From Perkinsus olseni (taxonomy: Eukaryota), in contig JABANN010000233.1 in assembly GCA_013115125.1 (NCBI GenBank), positions 1 to 49,152 on the forward strand: a stretch of DNA of 49,152 bases, in the 5' to 3' direction. The translations under genes and the position numbers were made by a program. Numbering within the stretch: position 1 is the first letter of the stretch; every line of letters begins with the position of its first letter. Positions 13,904-26,895 of this stretch are shown piece after piece. Under the pieces are notes generated by a model that had not been told where the DNA came from, did no database searches, and saw only the letters and a program-made list of their open reading frames with translations.

Positions 13904-15152
13904 CTAGTCACAAGTGAAGGTTTGACGAGCATCATCAGAAGCCGATAATGGCGTATCCTTGACATTAGTGGACCTGCCCGAAACAGCATCGTATTCAACA
14001 GTTTGTCGTTGCTGTTGTTGTGGTAGTACATGTAGTCCTGTTTGAACTTGTTAATAACATCAGTAGTAAGTCCGAAGGAGTCCATGGCTCTCATTTGATC
14101 CTCATCAAGAGTGAAGGAGAATAGATCACGGTTAATAGCCATCCTATCCACATTCTGACTCTTGGGTATGTGCACAATGTGGTGTTGCATGAGCCAACGA
14201 CCGATAACCTTGATAATGATAAGATGACGACGACGATCACGACGCCCATACTACCTGGGATGGTGTAACATCCAGTTGTTGTGATATCTTTGTTATACGA
14301 GGATCTTTGAATAGATCACCGGCCTTACCAAGCCCCCTCCATGATAACAATGTTATGCCCTTGGATTGGAAGTAATCAATAGTCTTCTTACCTATCATCA
14401 TCTTAGTAGTATGACGAGGATGCAGCAGCAAAGGTGGTATAACTATTACGATATATTAATGGATTGATCTCTATCTGATTCACTACTGGTTCTATTGTTA
14501 CACCAGGAGATGCCATCAACTCCTCATAATCCTCAATAGTAAAGTTACTCATACCAATAGCTCGAACCAGACCGGATTGCTGCCTAACATTATTAACAGA
14601 TGAAATCATCAGTACCTTACTGGTCTCCTATTACAATTCTTGTAAGGTCTTATAGGCTTCAATATACTTCCCTGGTACCGGCCAGTGTATGAGGTAAAGA
14701 TCGAGATAGGAGGTTTGTCTGATATGACAACAATGACAACAACAATGATGACGATGACCACCTTGGACATTATTACAGATCCTCAAGTGTCTTTTTACAC
14801 TGCTCAATGATAGCGTCATGTCCTTGATACACTTTATCGGGCCATACTTTACTTATTATGAAGAGATCATCTCTAGATACACCAGAGGCAGCCAACCCCT
14901 CACCAACCACCTTCTCGTTACCGTAGAATGAAGCACAATCGAATAGTCTGTAGAGGGAGAGTCCTTCTAGAGAGAGTGTTGGTGTTGTTGTTATTACCTG
15001 TATCCAGCTTTAACAGCATCTATGATGATGTCTTTGCCATCTCTACCTATCCTCTCACCAGTAGGGGTATACCCCACTTTATATGTACCAAACCCAACAG
15101 CAGGTATGGATACACCATTAGATAACTTGAATGATGGTGTAGCAGGAGACAT
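13904..15152 (-). CDS. Aldo-keto reductase
   Basis: Spliced: LSNGVSIPAVGFGTY...LFDCASFYGNE...LFIISKVW...YLDLYLIHWP...AIGMSNF...VNQIEINP...IPKS. The catalytic D/Y/K/H tetrad is present. A final intron gives the C-terminus ...KDTPLSASDDARQTFTCD*. Confidence 0.92.
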
Positions 15153-15571
15153 TATGGTATTACAAGACAACGACACTAATGACGATACTCTACCACTAGA
15201 TGTAGATAATAATAAACAAGACTCGTTGAACATGAAGAGGTGATGGATGATGGATAATAGGCTAAAGGCCCAACATCACCACTACCACCTTCACAGGTAG
15301 GTGGTGATGGTGATACACACTTCCACGCTAGATTCATCCATGGTGTGGGATGCCGCTTGTGTAGCGACGACAGAGTCCGACAGGAACGCTCGTTGGGCGG
15401 GGGCAGCCGCCGTCACAATGCTTTCACGGTTGATCGAATCGGGGTGGTGACGCAGGTTCAAATCCGGGTAGGAGCTTTGCTTCTCGAGCTCCAAGCATAT
15501 CAACCAGCTTTTCCAATCAAGCCAACTCGGGCAACTTAGTTGATGTTGGCATACGCAGTTTGATTATAATT

Positions 15572-15844
15572 ATGTTAACACCTGAAGAGGACAATGATGA
15601 TGATTGGGTGTACCAGCGAGGTTTACCATCAACCCGGATAGAAGCCTCTTCCACGACACCGCCGCCATCACCATCTAGGTAGGGGTTGTGATGGTACTGT
15701 GAAGGTAGTATCATGTAGGTCATCTACTACCTCTCCTCCTCCTCCTCCTCCTCTGCCATCATCCAAGCGGAGATATGAAGCTAATCTCAATTACAGAATA
15801 ACATTCTGTGAGAATAAAATAGTAATGCTAACTTTGCTGTTATA

Positions 15845-15877
<33 letters not shown>

Positions 15878-18800
15878 GCACTAGGTTATCCGTCATGGCG
15901 GTAATCTAGATGTAGCATTAGTATTGCCACGGGATAAGATAGGAGTAGGGAAAGAGATGGTAGTGAGTCAAATAAACTCCGATGAGTACGGTACTATATT
16001 ACAAGAGATAACAGCATGTGCTGTACTTGGTAATAACAACAACGGCATACACCTCCCTTATCACGCACATCATCAGGCACCATGGTTGTTAATAATAATA
16101 CAGCGTTTCTAGTATTGGTAAGTGATGCTATACCTGTATCTAAGCTACCCGGTGGTCATGTCGTAATGGAGGTTACCAAGGTATCGTGTATACCATATAA
16201 TCCTAGGGTAATAATGGCAAGTATGATACTATCCTCATCATCTAGAACGATCAGATTAATACAATGTCTCAGTTATCCGACTCAAGTGCTGCTGCCCAGG
16301 CCGCCGGCGGCGGCGGTGGCGATGCATCATCATCATCATCATCATCCAGTAGTAGTAGTACAGCCTTTGCACTTGTAGAGAGGGTTGAGAAGTAATATTA
16401 AACATGATGATACAGGAGAGTTGTGGTAGTACTGCTGCTGCTGCTGCTGTTCAGGTTGTTCGGTAGTGGTGGGTATTATTATTGTAGATCATACGACATA
16501 ACACATGGGCAACAATGGCATGCTCAACAACAGGAGGAAGGTTCCTACCATCATCATGGTAGGACTTCACTATGTAGTGATGATGATGATGATCATCAGA
16601 TACGGTATGGTTGAGTGGTGATAGCCTCTTTTGTTGGAATAGACATATGACCCAGAACATGTTAGGGAAGGATGCCTTAATACCTAATGATAGTCTTAGT
16701 CTAGATACATGGTGTACAGTCCTCATGCAGGTAATAATTAATAGAACACCCCCGCAGCAGCAGCAGTGATACTCCTTGTCAGGGTTATATTAGCCCGCCT
16801 ACTGCTCTGTCTGACTACCTAGATGCAATACTTATCGGTCGTAGGAGTTGCCAAAGGGCTGGTACCAGGTAATAATACTATCCTCAATAATGATCACTAG
16901 TATAGTTGGTTATATCATCGTAGGTATAACAATCGTGGGTTGGATGATTTGGGTAATGTAGCAAACTTTGTAGAATCAGAACTGCTACTACTATGTACTA
17001 GAGATGTGGTATTAGCATCACATACACAGATCCGTGGATCAGTGCCAGCCTTCTGGTTACAGAACCCTAGTAACAACAACAACAACAACAACAACAACGA
17101 TATGAGGGATAGTGTACAGTGTCATCATTGTCAGGTACACAGCAACTTGATATTACTCGCAGTAAGGAGATGACACAGATAGCTTATGATAAGCATATAT
17201 CTGATATACTCAAACGCTATGGCCCTGATGGATGTCTATTCCTGAATCTATTATCAACAGGGAAAGGTAATAGGGTGGTGCTGGTGGTCAAGGTAGTGCT
17301 GTATTGACCATGACAGGTGGTAATGAGGGGAAACTAAGTAAAGCATTGAAGGATATTATAAACTCATCCCCTAATCATGATGCACCTAAGATACACATAA
17401 TCGATCATGACTTCGCCAAGATGGTGAAGACAAATGGTATGTACAGTGCATTGGATGTGTTCTAGCAGTAGCCTCTCGATTCACTATTCAGATGTTGATT
17501 CTGTATTTAATACTATAATAGACTCATCAAAAGGATGGATTGATGAGTAGGTTCTGCCTAAAGTAGTACCACACCATCCGTAATAATAGATACGGTTGGT
17601 GGCAGATAGGTCGTGATCACATTGGCAGTAGTAGAACACAGACTGGTGTCATACGTACCAATTGTCTAGATTGTTTAGATAGGACCAATGCAGGTGATAA
17701 CCACACGAACGATGATGATGTAACATGATAAGCTGATTCAGGTCAGCTAGCTGTGTCTCTGTACATAGTACCAAAGATTCTTACATCAATACGCCAGCCT
17801 GTATCAGTCGATGTAAAGAAAGTTATCACAACTCTTTGGGCACAACATGGTGATCAGATATCAGTAAGCAACAAGAAGACGAATACTACTAGTCTCATCA
17901 CTCGTGCTTGTTATTGATAGATGCATTACACTGGTACTGTATCTGTATTAACGACGTTAGTAACCAAAGGCAAGTGTACATGGCAAAATAAAGTACAACA
18001 GAAAGTTAAGAGTGCTAATAGGTAGGGCTTGGCTACCTCAGGCAGGCCTCAGGCAGGCCTCATGCAGGCAGCACAACAAGATACTAATCATCATCATCAG
18101 ATATCGTATTAATAATTTTGGTACGGATAGAGACAGGCAGACAGCCATAGATGCTACACTCAAGTTGGCTAGAAACACCACCACTACTAACAACAACAAG
18201 ACGGCGACGACTGGACGACCAAAGAATAGTGTATACCCAATACCTCAACAACGGATACATCTTGGGCCCAGTGCAGCAGTGCAGGGAGAGGGCGGCAGGA
18301 TTGGTAGTATTATCAACCATGGGGGTATTCGTCATAGTGACCATCATCTGCAAGATACTCGTCCCGTATCGATATGGGTCGGATCATGGAATGTGAATGC
18401 GAGTAGGGTGTGGAATGAGGAGGATCTCAGTGATTGGATGAGACTGAGGAGGGATGATGATGAATTCTTCGAGATAAATGATGTAATAATAACAACACCT
18501 TTGAAGTAGGGATAATCATGATGACTATTGGTAGATTTATGTAGTGGGCATGCAGGAGTTTGTGGACCTCAATGCGAAGGCTCTTCTAAAGAGAGGATTC
18601 ACTAGGGTAATTGAGGTCCTCGTTCTTCATCATCATAGAGCACGACATAGTAGGTTAAAAAGAAGTTTGACGGTGATACCGAGCATAGCATACGGAAGGC
18701 AGAATTTGCCGCTGAGTTCAATAAAATACTCACATCTGCTCAATTGTTGAATAAGTCGAATAAGAATGGGAGGAGGAAACATCATCATCAACAACAACAC

Positions 18801-19878
18801 GCTGAGAAGTATGTCGAGGTAGTTACGATGAGCATTCATGAATGTTCGTTATGTGGATGATGATGATAATGATCAGGTGTATTGTACCGCTATGGTCGGC
18901 ATATACATATCAGTGTTTGTCAAACAATCCTTAGTTGATAAGATATCTAATGTCCACACTAAGAAGGTTAAAGGTGGTTTGGGGGGTAGTCATGGTAATA
19001 AAGGTGGGATATTATTGAGTATGATGATTGGCCAATCTTTGGTAACATTTGGTTGTGTGCAACTAGAGGCCGGTGAGAGGTAATAATGATGGTAACAACA
19101 GCAGTGTAGGTGTATTATGTCAGGATGATGGAGATCCGTAATGAACAACTATACTTGATAATGGCAGAATACAAACAACAATTACGTCAATATTACAGTA
19201 GTTGCCACGCACAGAGGAGGGTATTCATCTTATTCGGCGACTTTAATTTCCGTCTAAACTGTGATAGGACTACAGCCATTAGACTCATAGAGAAGGGAGA
19301 CATTGGTAGTAGAGGAGGGGAGGGGGTGATGAGGGTGGAGATGATCTTCTTAGAACGCTTATCGGAGTACGATCAATACAAGCAGGGGGAATGCTTAGAC
19401 CCTATACTAGTGCATTGCAAGGAAGGACCATTCTCGGATTTCCTACCAACTTACAAGTACTGTACAGTGCATTACAACCCGTGTTGATCTATCCGCGCAG
19501 GTTCGAACCCGGCACACATCAATATGCTGCTAATCGTACCCCCAGCTGGTGTGATCGGATATTCTTTAATTTTACCAAACCCGGCAGTCTCTGGCTGCGA
19601 TCCTATCATTCACATCACAGGTAGTGATTGATACCTCCCAATAGCATCATCCCATTCATCGTTGTAGGTACATCTCATCAGATCATAAACCAATCAGTGG
19701 CACCTTCACGTTGGAGACAGGTAGTCTTATTAATAATACCCAACATGTAGCGTCACCAGACGAGGAAGGCCATCATTCTTCATTAACCTCCAAAGGAGGA
19801 TATAATGATCACCATCGTGAGCATCAACCAACCCAAGCAGCAGCATCATCATCTTCACCTATTGATTTATTATTATGA
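15572..19878 (+). CDS. Synaptojanin/Inp52-53-like phosphoinositide phosphatase (SAC1 domain + inositol 5-phosphatase domain)
   Basis: SAC1 motifs: [52 protein letters not shown] (CX5R), GDQIS. 5-phosphatase motifs: GSWNVN, GMQEFVDL, GNKGG, GDFNFRL, PTYK, PSWCDRI, SDHKP. Many short introns. Confidence 0.9.
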
Positions 19879-20102
19879 TAATATTTTGTTACTGTATACG
19901 TTAGAATTAGCGGTTCCTTCTCACTACTAAGTGGAGTTGTGTTATCTCCAGTACCTGTCGCCACATGATACTGTCGCACAAGAGGAAGGCATAACCAGCC
20001 TTGTCCAACTATTAACCAAACTACTGCATCAATCACTTCAGAAAAAATAGGTAGAGCGTCGTCATCCATAGCGAGTTGAAAATATCATGTCGATTACCAT
20101 CA

Positions 20103-21679
20103 TCAATCCATCCGTCTCGATCCTCTATTGAAGAGGAGCTCCCTCCATGACCTGATACCATCCTCCAATAATACTGCGTATCTTGCTGTTTACCTATCCC
20201 CAGGGTTGAGTGTTATAATAAGTAGTGGTACGACTATTATAGCCACCGCCATGTTCTTCAATAATGCCTCATGCCAATTGTCTCTGATACGATGCTTCAC
20301 AGATGGTGATCTCCTATACAAATCAGTATGTTCAGGATGGTAGGTCCTCACCTGATCACTAACAATCACTGATACTGATCGTAGTAGTAGTAGTAGTACA
20401 TGAATAGCAACAGCATGTAGAATAACAGCTGTCCTAGCCGCCGCTTTGATGGCCTGTGTTGATGCTAGATTACGCCATTCATCATATATACTATCGGACA
20501 CAACATAACTAACAACAACAACAACAACAACAAGAGCAGTAGCGAGTGCTGATGTTATCGTATAACCTTCTAGGGACCTCCCTGCCACCACCACCAGCCA
20601 CAGCAGCATATATCTCATAACATGCCGTCTTCATATTCTCTGCTATCCACATAGCCAATCCTGATCAGTGCCTGCTGCTGCTGCATCGTGTGTTGCCCAG
20701 GATGATTAATACCTCTTTGATGCAGTTCTTGTACTAACTTCATATTCCGAGACGCTCCATCATGTTTCATAGCACTAAGCTCACTGAGATATCGTTGACG
20801 TATTAATTCGGGGTCAAGGTTAACAGAGGGGGATACCTTACAACAACTATACATATACATCATACCACTACTTCACCAATCATTGCTGGTACCACCTCTT
20901 TCTCCCAGAAATCATAAAGGTTATAAGTATGTCCATGGTATTCTACTCCGATACGTCTACCATGATCATCTGCCCCAAAACCTAGATGTAGGGGTTGATG
21001 CATATCTTGTATCAAACCTGGTAACAACGGTAACAGCATCATCGTCAGCATTGTTATAATGATGATGGTCATATCACCCATCAACCAACTCAGTTGGACT
21101 TGTTCTGTCTTATCATCAGCTATACCCCTATCATGATATTTATGCGTTTGATGACAGAGTCGACCAAAGATATCATCAACCTAAACGATCATGTTGTTGT
21201 CGTGAGCGTCATCTTATCGCCCACACAGTCCGTACTGTCTCGTAAAGACCGCCCTTGTTCGCCAGCCGTTCTGGATGCTCAACGTCAAAATCACATTGCC
21301 AGTTCCTGAGGGCGTATCCAAGGTCGGTTGCGGAAGATACGTATGAGGTCGAATATTGACAAACTCTTACCGTGATTGCGTTTCGTAATGGTTTTCGACG
21401 GTCCTATCGAACTTAGCATATTGTAGATTATCATGTGCATATCTTGACATCCACGATAATGATTTACCCTCGAGGAATACACCAAGATCCTCTCTGATCA
21501 TCATCGACATTATGAAATACTCATCATTATTCCCACACTTACAGATCTCTATGGGCTAACACCCTTGTTACAGCATCCCCTATACGATCATGCAATGATT
21601 TATCCCAAGCTAATACTGCCTGCAGCAGCAGGGTAGAAAAAACAGTGTTTATGATGATGATGATGATGATGCACCACAT
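20103..21679 (-). CDS. S1/P1 nuclease family protein with signal peptide and C-terminal TM; zinc ligands degenerate
   Basis: Spliced MWCIIIIIIINTVFSTLLLQAVLA|WDKSLH..., QDMHQPLHLG, NLYDFWE, and a C-terminal hydrophobic segment MAVAIIVVPLLIITL. Confidence 0.75.
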
Positions 21680-21740
21680 TGGGGCGGTAATGGTGGTGGA
21701 GGGAGGGAAAACTACTATAGGGGTCGCAGTGGTAGGTTGG

Positions 21741-21788
<48 letters not shown>

Positions 21789-22096
21789 AGTTTGGGCGGT
21801 AAAGAAAGCTATTCCTACTAGTATGAGGTAGAGCCTCCAGCTATCCAAACTCTATAGTCTCTTTACCCTCTATTCCAATCATATAACCAACAATAATAGT
21901 TACACGACTGATACAATAGAGGGATCTGTGAAATCATCATCTACAACAACCTACTGCCACAGTCATCACAACAACAGCTCAGGCTTAGCTAATGATCGAT
22001 TCCGAGGCGAGCGCCACGATCTTTCGAATATTGATGTTTTCGTCAAATTGTGGGGCGCAAGATTGCTCTTGCATTTAGTTTTTCCCTTCCATCATC

Positions 22097-22739
22097 ATGG
22101 TCCTAGACGAAGCATTCATTCAGGTAGTAGTTGTTACTGTCTATCTCATACACTACATACTCTCAGAAATGTCGTGAAGCATTCAATACATTCGATGCTG
22201 ATGGTTCTGGTACCATCGATGCAGAGGAGATGAAGCTGTTGTTAGAAGCTATCGGGGAGAGCCCTACCGAGGAGGAACTGTTCAGGTTTATGTCTGATGT
22301 TGATGAAGATGGTACGGGTGAGATAGGTAAGATGGAGGATTCAACCCATTATTGTTCGTCATCCTGTCTTCGTTGTATCAGAGTTTGCTGAGTTCCTCCG
22401 AGCGTTTGAGAAGCAACGAGGTGGCCAGAGCGAGATCGAGGATGAAGCTGATACACGTACGCCATTACTACCACTCATCACGACGATCATCATGCTACTT
22501 TAGTTGACGCCTTTGTTGCCCTCGGTGGTAACAGAGACAGTACAGGGTTCGTAGACAGAGACAAGCTAATTAAGATTATTAAAGAGGAATTCGGTATGAC
22601 CATCAAGATTGATGTAGACAACAACAGAGCCTGGTATAGTTATATGTCGTCTTCCTGTACTCAGCGGTTGGTGGAAGAGCTCGACCGTGACCAAGATGGT
22701 AAGATCAACTTCTCTGAGTTCGCCAGTTTATTCGTCTAA
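22097..22739 (+). CDS. Calmodulin-like EF-hand protein, outer-arm dynein light chain LC4 (18 kDa) type
   Basis: Five exons: CREAFNTFDADGSGTID...PTEEELFRFMSDVDEDGTGEIEF...DEADTLDAFVALGGN...DRDQDGKINFSEF*. The DEADTLDAFVALGGN signature matches my recollection of Chlamydomonas LC4. Confidence 0.85.
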
Positions 22740-22899
22740 CATCATGCATGAGTTGATCATACTCCTCCCACTGCCACTGCCAATGCTGCTGCTGCTCCTG
22801 CTGTTGTCCACACATTGCCGCCAATTCTCATGTTACTTGGTCAATAATTCCACCCTTGCTGGTAACACTTCTGGCCAGCTCTTCATATAGTGAGAGCGT

Positions 22900-24626
22900 A
22901 TGATCACGACTCACTTCATCTCTGCCGTCTCCCCATTCCTGATGCTGCCCGTGATGGTGGTGGTAGTGGAAGGTGTTCCCAAGATAGATCTGTATCCGGT
23001 ACTACACCCTGCCAATGGATCCTACACTGCCAATCTTATACAATGTGGACAACAGGTTAGACTTACACCCACCTTCCTGTGTACTACACCTTGTTGTTGC
23101 TAGATTGCATCCGCATTGGATAAGCATGGTGCATTCATCGCTATCAACACTGATATCAGCCCTACTCTACAGATAGAGTTATATGATACTACTAGGAGGT
23201 ACTTCAATAGACCGAAGGATGAGAAGATGAAGGTACCCAACAACAACAGATGGTGGCGATCATTATCGTTATCAGATACCAGTAAACCAGGACAATACAC
23301 ATGGCTACGAGACCCATACGTAGGTGATGATGATGCGTGTATTGTATTCATCATCGTAATATTCAGGAGTGCTTTGGGAGATACTGAAGAATCCTTTACA
23401 GTCATGGTTGGCCATGCTGATGATATATCAGCTAAGGTAAGTATAATATGAATTATCGCAGCCCCGACCTACCATTACTCAGAAGAAGACCTTTTGGCCC
23501 CAATCGCCAGGGGACTTCAGTGCAGTATGGGAGAATTATTATCGTCGTACTGAGTTCACTTCCAATGAGATACTCAAGTGTATGGCACATGCATTGGGTG
23601 GGCAGCAGCATCGTCATCAGCACTACTTCATCCTCAACAAGAGTGGTTGTTATCATTGTTAGGTGTACCTGAGCAGTTCTTTACAAGTAAATCAAGTGAG
23701 CATAGGTCACTGCTAAAGGCTATACATTATCCTGTACTAAGAAAAGGACTGCTACTACCTACTACTACACATACAGGTACCTACACGCGAAGTTAAGGTA
23801 GGGGGTGCTGCTACCACAAGGGCCAACGATACATCAGCAACTACCGAACGTATTGATACCATACCGAGGGGTAGTAATGCAGTATGCTATCACGACCATC
23901 AACTTAGTAGTCGTTATCAATAACTAGGTACCGTAAGGTCAGGAGCCCATCGCCACTTTGGTTTAATTACTCTTACTAAACAGGTAATGGAATACGCTCT
24001 ACTACCATTGGTAGCATGATGTACAGGTGGATAACTCGGGGTTGGAGATCCAACATGGTGGTGCTGGAGGGTCGTGGGTAGCAGTTGATACTAATGAGGA
24101 GGAACTACTGGTTAATGTTGGTGAATTGATGGAGTAATGCTGTTGGTAGCAGCAGCAGGAGATGATGATGATGTTGTTAGTTTCTGGACTGGTGGGAGAT
24201 GGAAGCCTGTAGAGCATCGTGTGGTAGAGACTGGACAGAAGCTCAACAGACCAGGGGTAGAGAAACATAGTGGCAGATTCTCTTTCGTGTGAGTATACAC
24301 CACAACCATCATGAACATCACCATGATGGTAATCCTCAGGTATTATCATTATGTAGATCCCAAGGCTAGGATAGACTGTAGAGGTATACTACCCCACTAC
24401 TACCTCTACCCGACAACAACAACAACATCCCTATCATTCAGATATTGCTGGTAGCATGTGTAGCAATCCAGCGGTGATTGCTGAGGACTGGGTGATGGGC
24501 AAGCATCGTTCCAGTCTACAGCAACAAGCTCAGCGTAGAACCGCTGCTCAGTCATCATCATCATGGTATGGCAGTAGGGCATCAGAGGCTAGCAGCAGCA
24601 AAGGCATCCATGCTACAGAGTTGTAG
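22900..24626 (+). CDS. 2-oxoglutarate/Fe(II) oxygenase, IPNS/DIOX_N family, predicted secretory pathway
   Basis: VPKIDL, HGAFIAIN, YFNRPKDEK, FWP, IHYP, GAHRHFGLITL, SGLEIQ, LLVNVGELME, WTGGRWKPVEHRV, RFS. Hydrophobic N-terminus; ends ...HATEL*. Confidence 0.85.
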
Positions 24627-24740
24627 ATGAATATTATCATGATTATAAAAGTGATGAGTGTTGTTAACCACATTTGTTTGGTTCAAGTTAGCCTACTACG
24701 GTAGTACTACCAGTACTGCGGTATCGTTATCAGTGCTGTT

Positions 24741-25664
24741 ATGATAAAGGAAGCCGTAGTATATGGTAATGGCAGATGTGAGGGTATTGGTGATGATAAG
24801 TGTGGTTATATAATACACGCCCCACCTAGACACAATTACACAGCAATACATCAAGATGATGGACAGGTCATAAGGATGGTAATACCAACAACAACAGGGT
24901 GGTCCTACGTACCATCCGCTCAGCAACTCGAGTTTACAACATCCAAGTATCGGTCCTACCTAGAAGAGCTCTCCCGATGCCAATCCTTATTTAACCCAGC
25001 CTGCTGTATAACAAGCCCTCTTCATGACAGTCTGTACTACACAATAATCATCGGCATTGTCCCGCGATGCCTCTGCTGCTGTTGTTGTTGTCATAGCCAT
25101 CATCATTACCATCAGATATGACGATGAGGTATATTATTATAAGAGTACAAAGAACCTGACATCAGTGAGGTGGGGGGGCGATGATGCAACGGTATCATCG
25201 TTAACTGGAGATGTCATCGTGAAGGGGAGAATAGATCATGAGATGGAGGCCATCTTAATACTCTATAAATACAGTACTTATCTGAGGTATACTATGCACT
25301 GGCCATCACCACTACAGTCACCACATGGTAGTAATCATCATCATCATCATCACAATGCTGCTACTCTTGTTGTCACTACTGTCACTACTGTCATCATCAT
25401 CATCATCATCATCATCATCAGCCACAAGAGTGTCTACGACTGGTGTATGGTACAAGTACAGTATGGTGAGGAGGGAGGGCTTCCTTCTACACGACATGAT
25501 GCCCGACGATCTACGGACAGCATTTGGCCCGGCTTTTATAGAAGCATTACGGAAGGTTAAGGTCATACTACCACTGCTGATGATGGGTCTCTAGTGGACT
25601 GATCAGTTACCTGAATGGGCTGTTGATGCCCTGCCAGAGTGGATGAGGGAGGACAATCCAACAG

Positions 25665-25701
<37 letters not shown>

Positions 25702-26680
25702 TGTCCATCTACCGACAGTACTGTCCAACAGTGAGAGGCCACACTACTATGACTACAACGATGATATAGACAATCGTAATCCTCTTATGAAGTTACCAAC
25801 ACTATCACCAGAGGAGGGGGGGTTCATATCTATGGTATTACTATCATCGCATTCACAGTCGTCATAGCCGTGGTGCACCCCCTGCAGGTAATCTATGAGG
25901 ATGCTCTTATATGCCTGAACCGATCCGGAGGGTGCCTAATAGCCAGCGGTGATGGTCAATTCAACATCCTACTACCACCACCCAGTGATGGATACTCTCC
26001 GATGCACCAAGAAGATAGGAGCCTGTTCTGGGTGTATGCCTCCTCCTCCTCCTCTCGGTCCTCAACACAACTCTGGTCTTCTTCCTGTCTCCCTTCCTCA
26101 TCCTCATACACTAGACCAGTAGAACTAATACGTACAGCTCTGAAGTATATAACCAGGAATAATAAAGTACCATCATCATGTTGGATGATCGGCAACCCGC
26201 CACCCAAGGACGGCGATACTACTTTACGTCTATTGCATGAACATGCCTGCCCGAACGTCGGATGCTTCTTTTGTTATCAAATGCCCAATGCTTCTACTAG
26301 TACTCGACTCTACCGTTGTCTATTCACTGATCGTACTAGGATCACATTTTTCAGCAGTGATAAGGGTGGTAGGGGTATCGACGAGGTAGCAGGTCTATTG
26401 AAATATATGAATATTGATGGAGAGGAGAAGGAGGTGGGCGGCGGCAGGGTCATCATCATCATCATCCTAGGAGTATCCATCTACCACTACTACTCAGATG
26501 AGCTGGTCTAGTGCTGGTAGAGGCTCCATAGCACCGTACGTCGAGGCTGCCTTGGCATTCGTTCGATGGGTTATCGTCGAAGAGGATGGTGCTGCCAACA
26601 GCAGCAGCAGCAGTGGTATTGACGATTGTTCCGTTACTGAGCTCGCTGAGGATATGATACAGAGGAGCCGGGTAGGGTAG
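24741..26680 (+). CDS. Multi-exon hypothetical protein, possibly C5orf34-like (DUF4524/DUF4520)
   Basis: Segments QQLEFTTSKYRSYLE, CLFTDRTRITF, LLKYMNIDGEE and PYVEAALAFVRW resemble the spacing I recall for the C5orf34 family. Recognised by memory only. Confidence 0.45.
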
Positions 26681-26895
26681 CTGATAGTCGATGATGGCCA
26701 ATTCTTAACGTAGGATCTCCGGACCATCCACGAGCTAGGAGGATCCTGCAGTATCTCTTATGGTGATGATGATAAGAAGCATGCCGTGGACTCCGAGGGT
26801 GCACTCGACGCAACCAGAGCATTCCTCAATCGTAATCGACATATCATTAGACGTTGAGCATGTATAATTAATATACGTTTCTCGATATTACTATC

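Noticed and set aside
13852-14030. Hydrophobic C-terminal extension on the aldo-keto reductase in the ORF track
   Set aside because: Better explained by read-through of an intron (~13972-14030). Splicing gives an ordinary C-terminus ending at 13904.
97-26000. Numerous short poly-L/V/C/M/I ORFs
   Set aside because: Artefacts of trinucleotide repeats read in alternative frames or on the opposite strand.
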